Positions 60,401-64,000 of a DNA stretch of 64,000 bases are shown piece after piece (the stretch's first letter is position 1; the number at the start of each line of letters is the position of its first letter). The DNA is from Trypanosoma brucei (taxonomy: Eukaryota): contig CM000208.1 of NCBI GenBank assembly GCA_000002445.1, positions 160,001-224,000 of the forward strand. Direction: 5' to 3'. Position numbers and translations under genes: made by a program. The notes under the pieces were generated by a model. That model saw only the letters and a program-made list of their open reading frames with translations, searched no databases and was not told where the DNA came from.

Positions 60401-62567
60401 AATGAAAGCAATGAAAAAGGAAAAAGAAAAACTGGAAAATGAGTCTAAGCTCTATAGGAAGGAGAATGAGTCGCTGAAGGAACGGCTTTCTGAGACGAAT
60501 GATCAGCTGAAGAAGTCATCACCTCTTCACGAAGAGGAGAAACAAAAGGTGCTGTCAAGATACGAGGAAGAAAATATGAAAGCGAGAGTCGCGCGACTTG
60601 AGGAAGCCGTTACTCAGAGGGATGAGGCTCTTCGTGCAAAGAGCGAGCGGATACGCCAACTGGAGAAGGAACTGAGGGCAGCGCACCGAGAAGTGAAGGC
60701 TGCTCTCGAGGAGAGCAAGAAAAGCAGCAGTCGGCTTCACAGCGACTCCACGCAGACATCGGCAGAGGAACTGAGGTCTCTCATGACAAAAGCAAGGGAA
60801 AGAGAAAAAGAAAAATTAAAGAATGAGTCTAAGCTCTATAGGAAGGAGAATGAGTCGCTGAAGGAACGGCTTTCTGAGACGGATGATCAGCTGAAGAAGT
60901 CGTCGTCTCTCGACGAAGAGGAGAAACAAAAGGTGCTGTCAAGATACGAGGAAGAAGACGTGAAGCCGAGAGTGGCACGACTTGAGGAAGCCGTTACTCA
61001 GAGGGATGAGGCTCTTCGTGCAAAGGATGAGCGGATACGCCAACTGGAGAAGGAACTGAGGGCAGCGCACCGAGAAGCGAAGTCTGCTCTCGAGGATGGC
61101 AGGAGAAACAGCAGTCGGCTTCACAGCGACTCCACGCAGACATCGGCAGAGGAACTGAGGTCATTGAAAACAAAGATGGATGAAATGGAGAATGACAAAC
61201 GAAGGCTGAATGAAGAAATCGTCCTGTTAAGAAAGGAAAACGAGACACTAAAGCGAAATTTGGGTGACGTAATGAGGAGGTTAAAGAATCCATCAAGTTT
61301 CATTGCAAGCGAGAAACAGAAATTGCTGTCGAGCTACGAGGAAGAACACGTGAAACCGAGAATTACACGACTTGAGCATGCGGTTACTCTGAGGGACGAG
61401 AGACTTCAAGCAAAGGAGGATCGGATACGTCAACTGGAGAGGGAACTCGATGCCCTGCGGTATGGTGGTAAAAATGATGTGGATAACAATGCAGTGGAAG
61501 ATGGTAAGACCTTCCGCCAGCTGGAAGAGGCACTCTTAGTTGAAATTCAAGGAGTAAAGGATCAAATGAGGGCAATGGCAAAGAGCAATCAAAAAATGCA
61601 AGAAGAAGCTGTTTGTCTAATGAGGGAGAATCAGATGCTGAGAGATCGTCTTGCGGAGGCGTGTGAACAGCTCGGAAAGACACCATCTATCGAGGCGAGG
61701 GAGACTAGTCGAGAACTAGTGAAGTGTGAGGATGTAAGTCCTAACCCTAGAATAGCACAGCTTGAGCAAGCCGTAACTGAGAGGGATGAAATACTCCACA
61801 CAAAGGATGAACGGATAAGGCAACTGGAGAGGGAACTCGAGATGTTTCAGCACGAAAACAGGGCGATATGTGGCAACAGAGATTGTCGGGACGCAGGAAG
61901 GAAGTTGGCGGCTGAAAACCAAGAACTGAGGAATCTGGTGAAGTATATTGAGAATGACAAGCAGAAGCTGGAGCACGAGGCCAGTTTTTTCAAGCATGAA
62001 AACGATGCTCTGATCGGCCGTATCGCGGAGCTGGAAAGTACTCCAAGAGCGCCGTCCTTGTCACCAACTAAGACTCATACCCTTTCGGGTGATAGGGAGG
62101 CTCTTATGTCGCGGCTGGGCACTGCAATCGAGCAGGTTCACAATGTTCAGAAAGAAAGAGAGGCTGCAGAACGCAAGATTGCTGTATTGCAGGAGGATTG
62201 TAGGGACCTCCGTATGAGGCTTCAGCACGCTTCTGATACTCCTGTACGTAATGAAGCGTTGTTTCCGTCTTCCACTAACTGTGACGGCACATACCAAACA
62301 GGTCTTCACAGTGGAGAGGATGCTCATTTAATTGAAAGTGCGAGGGGAGCGCCTCACAGTAGTAGTGACGCCATTGTTGAGTTATTGCCCGACAGATTAA
62401 CCGCATTGGAGGATACGATGGCGTCTTTAAATACAGGACTTCATGACGCTATACGTCGTTTGAGCTCCGTAAGCGACAACAGCGCGCTGCTACGCACACA
62501 AATTGCGGATATGCTCTCGCAGCGTTCGTCTCACAATCTGATTACTGATCCTCATGAGAGGTCGTAG
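57408..62567 (+). CDS. Giant WD40-repeat plus repetitive coiled-coil protein, 1719 aa; probably cytoskeleton or flagellum associated.
   Basis: The N-terminal ~aa 80-400 carry WD40 signatures (SGSDDGTVRAWD, SGGEDTTIRVYD, TGGRDWQIYQW, ADKYGKTLLWD). Then comes an S/P-rich linker and about 1000 aa of heptad coiled coil with at least 7 copies of the motif YEEE-VKPRIARLEEAVTQRDEALRAKDERIRQLEKEL. Confidence 0.85.
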   Translation: MIGTRRSTKSTSFQHLYGSQNRTLRGANGQKGFSHQRNGTAREEQQSTKPPGPRNSVLINRVVDVLPLFSINGTVRYIEAVGGRSAWTAEADGCIRVRSVPKGTEVRTLEGREGCFCTCILYVESTNAMWTTFSDGFIRVFDFNTHALLSEFIKHDKAIECIWEVEGYVFTGGRDWQIYQWKPDTYVCERRLSGHNNTVRCLCQYAGDTGAVLFSGSDDGTVRAWDPYLPARKGKDGGPMMHIFTGHTQGVLSLELVTVSNQLWSGGEDTTIRVYDLQTLGCVSVLKHHRAPVSSIKLIGIRVWSADKYGKTLLWDPKTLTPLKDLTTHMATDPGSMLSICKVKQLVSWKVWTACSGGKIYCWNADSIPIAFDGPTAGKDAVDVSDAVQLLTENKGLRGEIEKLRRQLMGEAEDGGSSANRGSASVSPSRAKSVPSHPRHHESKMGRGTSPSATPPGKRRSPPAFSAEYANDTPIHERANTASREGDDARGCTTCHERFFYGDAWEFIFRQDTEELCAVIRHEVATVLGIPADQVQITQMELGSAGQGCVVKLNIQHSASLPPSEIDTMLSNYPFIDVYELYGRYLAKKYGDPNEVHVSESGSGTLGGQVHRSLCVDDSRGEEEMANGYDDPTPLQNMINTLLKENEELRGQLMPKAETPPDENNAEVRTALTNYEEERMKPRIAQLEKALAERDETLHRKDERIRQLERELEATKSDTGMKEVMKDLRKREKKLLTEVEALTSQVEAMEEDKRRAEDDASFYRRENELLRNRISAMNEQMAKASGSEAEEMQKVLTSYEEENVKPRIARLEEVIAEKDENLQSRDEKIKKLEDELEAAKQEAKFASGESVKSNGKAGSETETSLLTEVQVLRDQVEAMEEDKRRVEDDASFYRRENELLRNRISAMNEQMAKASGSEAEEMQKVLTSYEEENVKPRIARLEEAVSQRDEVLRSQDERIKELTREIEENRREDKKGSYHVTDEAVVASKEEVQALKNQMKAMKKEKEKLENESKLYRKENESLKERLSETNDQLKKSSPLHEEEKQKVLSRYEEENMKARVARLEEAVTQRDEALRAKSERIRQLEKELRAAHREVKAALEESKKSSSRLHSDSTQTSAEELRSLMTKAREREKEKLKNESKLYRKENESLKERLSETDDQLKKSSSLDEEEKQKVLSRYEEEDVKPRVARLEEAVTQRDEALRAKDERIRQLEKELRAAHREAKSALEDGRRNSSRLHSDSTQTSAEELRSLKTKMDEMENDKRRLNEEIVLLRKENETLKRNLGDVMRRLKNPSSFIASEKQKLLSSYEEEHVKPRITRLEHAVTLRDERLQAKEDRIRQLERELDALRYGGKNDVDNNAVEDGKTFRQLEEALLVEIQGVKDQMRAMAKSNQKMQEEAVCLMRENQMLRDRLAEACEQLGKTPSIEARETSRELVKCEDVSPNPRIAQLEQAVTERDEILHTKDERIRQLERELEMFQHENRAICGNRDCRDAGRKLAAENQELRNLVKYIENDKQKLEHEASFFKHENDALIGRIAELESTPRAPSLSPTKTHTLSGDREALMSRLGTAIEQVHNVQKEREAAERKIAVLQEDCRDLRMRLQHASDTPVRNEALFPSSTNCDGTYQTGLHSGEDAHLIESARGAPHSSSDAIVELLPDRLTALEDTMASLNTGLHDAIRRLSSVSDNSALLRTQIADMLSQRSSHNLITDPHERS
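59641..60240 (+). repeat. In-gene tandem duplication: two ~208-bp segments (59641-59850 and 60031-60240) with 390-bp periodicity and a single mismatch.
   Basis: The string caggtggaggcaatggaagaagataagaggagag[c/t]ggaagacgatgccagcttctaccgaagggaaaatgagttgttacgcaatcg...gcgcgacttgaggag was read twice. Confidence 0.85.
60421..61175 (+). repeat. In-gene tandem duplication: two ~365-bp units about 95% identical with ~384-bp period.
   Basis: gagtctaagctctataggaaggagaatgagtcgctgaaggaacggctttctgagac... through ...cacagcgactccacgcagacatcggcagaggaactgaggtc occurs at ~60441 and ~60823. The minus-strand shadow ORFs 60555..60740 and 60939..61124 are near-identical. Confidence 0.85.
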
Positions 62568-64000
62568 AGTTATGTAACTGTATCATTTTATGTACAAAAG
62601 GAAGAAAATAAACAAATAAATGAAAAGGTGGGCGATTGTAAACGACTTAAATGCTGTCTGCCCGTTTGTCGGACAACTAACTCCGCAACGCAGCACCTGA
62701 AGTACTGTATGTGCTTAAGCTTATGAACTCCTCATATGAGGTGATATGTGGTGAGTTTAACCCTTGGTACAATGTAGACAATTATTATTTATGGACATTG
62801 TCGATGTAATATTGTGGGGGCGCTCCCTTTTTGTATGGAGGTTGCTTTGTATCTATTGCTTTACTGGCGCCACCCGAGTTTGTTGTTGTTGTTGTTTTCA
62901 CTCTTCTTGCTATCACTACACCCACACGTGTACGTCAAGTTCTTGGGATGTTCAATCACTCATTTTTTTTTAAAAGCAATGAGACATCATATGTGAAGAA
63001 ATATTATTCCTTTACTTTTAGGTATCTCCTTGTGTACGATGCCTCGCTGGCTCACATACCTTTTTGTTTACGCCCGCCTTTATCTTCCGTTTTGTGTTTA
63101 AATAGTGCTCTTTTTGCTTCATGTTAGTTTGATTGATCCTGTTGGATAAGTTAACGGCGGCGTTTTACTTTTCATGGGGAAAGTAGACGTGCCACCGACC
63201 GGTTTTTCTTTTTTTTTTTCACACAGTACTCACGTCGAAACATTTTTTTTTTTGAGTGTGAATGCTGTGTGAAAAGTTTCCACTTCCCTCCTTTTTTTTT
63301 TGTGTGTGTGTGTGCGTTTGTGTGTAGTTCTGGGTATATCAGGGGATGGAGTAGGTTTTCCATTTGTGGTCACGAAGAGAGGGGAGAGAGAGAGAGAGAG
63401 GAAACAAAAAAAAATGGAACTGTTCAATAGGCTGCGCAAGTGGGCAAATATCTGTAGTAGTGGAAGTCGTCGCAGGCTGACGTGGGGCAACGAGTGTTTT
63501 TTTTTTTTTTTGAAGAGAAGAAATAGAGGAACAGAAGCCCCGTGTTTAAGTGGTTGTACGACGTTTTGTGCGTGCCAAAAAAAAAAATTGTGAACAAAAA
63601 AAAGGGAGTAACCCCTTTCGTTTGCCTCCTTTGTTTTTTTTTTCGTGGCCTCGAGAGGATTTTGCTTCTTTCCTCTCTTTGCATCTGATTGAAATGACTG
63701 TAGTCGGAGTGATTGTACCGCTAACGCACAGACAATAACCCTGTTTTTATTTGGAGGGAAGCAAACGTTTTCACTATCACCTTCTTTTGTACTTCTAACT
63801 GCGTATGTATGTATGTACATGTGTCTGTTTGTTTTAATGTATACTAACTACTCCCCTTCCTCCTCCTCCTCCTCCTTCTCTGTTGCGTAACCAAGTGGAC
63901 GGTAAACATTGCAGAAGGTATGTGCCCAAGTGGCTTGTAATCGCTGTATTTGCTCTGTTTTACCGTCAACAATACATCCCCCATTTTTTTTTTAAAAAAA

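Noticed and set aside
63230-63820. A 196-aa minus-strand ORF in the terminal spacer.
   Set aside because: It has a low-complexity, K/F-rich translation through poly-A/T and (GT)n, (GA)n runs, on the opposite strand from every real gene here.
1-64000. Search for tRNA, snoRNA, rRNA, CRISPR, retroposons (ingi/RIME/SLACS-like) and strand-switch regions.
   Set aside because: No GGTTCGANTCC-type B-box outside coding sequence was seen. There are no long direct repeats with spacers, no LTR or long poly-A-tailed element, and no divergent or convergent gene pair. Small RNAs cannot be excluded by eye.

Overview
This window looks like nuclear DNA from a kinetoplastid, most likely a Trypanosoma brucei-group chromosome; this is inferred from gene content and architecture and is not verified by any search. 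About 24 protein-coding genes are all on the + strand with no strand-switch, consistent with part of a single polycistronic transcription unit. Genes are separated by 0.5-3 kb AT-rich, pyrimidine-rich intergenic regions full of (TA)n, (GT)n, (CT)n and (ATT)n microsatellites. No rRNA, tRNA, CRISPR or mobile elements were recognised. The provided ORF track uses GTG/TTG/CTG as starts; for about ten genes the first in-frame ATG was taken as the start, and coordinates may be off by one where the line labels and the ORF track disagree.

Confident calls, with the motif each rests on:
- PRMT5 (9537-11891): GAGRGPL and SELLGSFxDNELSPECLD motifs.
- SMC4 condensin subunit (29600-33700): Walker A, hinge and signature motifs.
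- Branched-chain 2-oxoacid dehydrogenase E1-alpha (13855-15105).
- Adenylate kinase with an N-terminal DPY-30-like docking motif (54354-55136).
- DHHC palmitoyltransferase (17882-18886).
- V-ATPase subunit H (26531-27937).
- Longin R-SNARE (43046-43765).
- RING-H2 E3 ligase (40793-41314).
- RNI-like LRR protein (51624-52661).
- PPR protein (47991-49802).
- CYB5D1-like cytochrome b5 domain protein lacking the HPGG haem motif (12507-13169).

Most notable loci:
- A 1719-aa WD40 plus coiled-coil gene (57408-62567) carries hierarchical ~40-aa / ~130-aa repeats; two unit pairs are 95-99.5% identical at the DNA level with 384-390 bp period.
- A 632-aa protein (38315-40213) has a C-terminal ArfB/ICT1-type GGQ domain behind a ~400-aa coiled-coil extension and a probable mitochondrial presequence.
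- Adjacent bacterial-type DUF393 and DUF971 genes (15563-17440).
- A signal-peptide protein with seven N-glycosylation sequons (20599-21459).
- A Yippee/Mis18-like zinc-fold protein (45307-46527).
- A 3.2-kb repeat-dense, gene-free stretch at the window start, after a truncated ORF that is open to the window edge.
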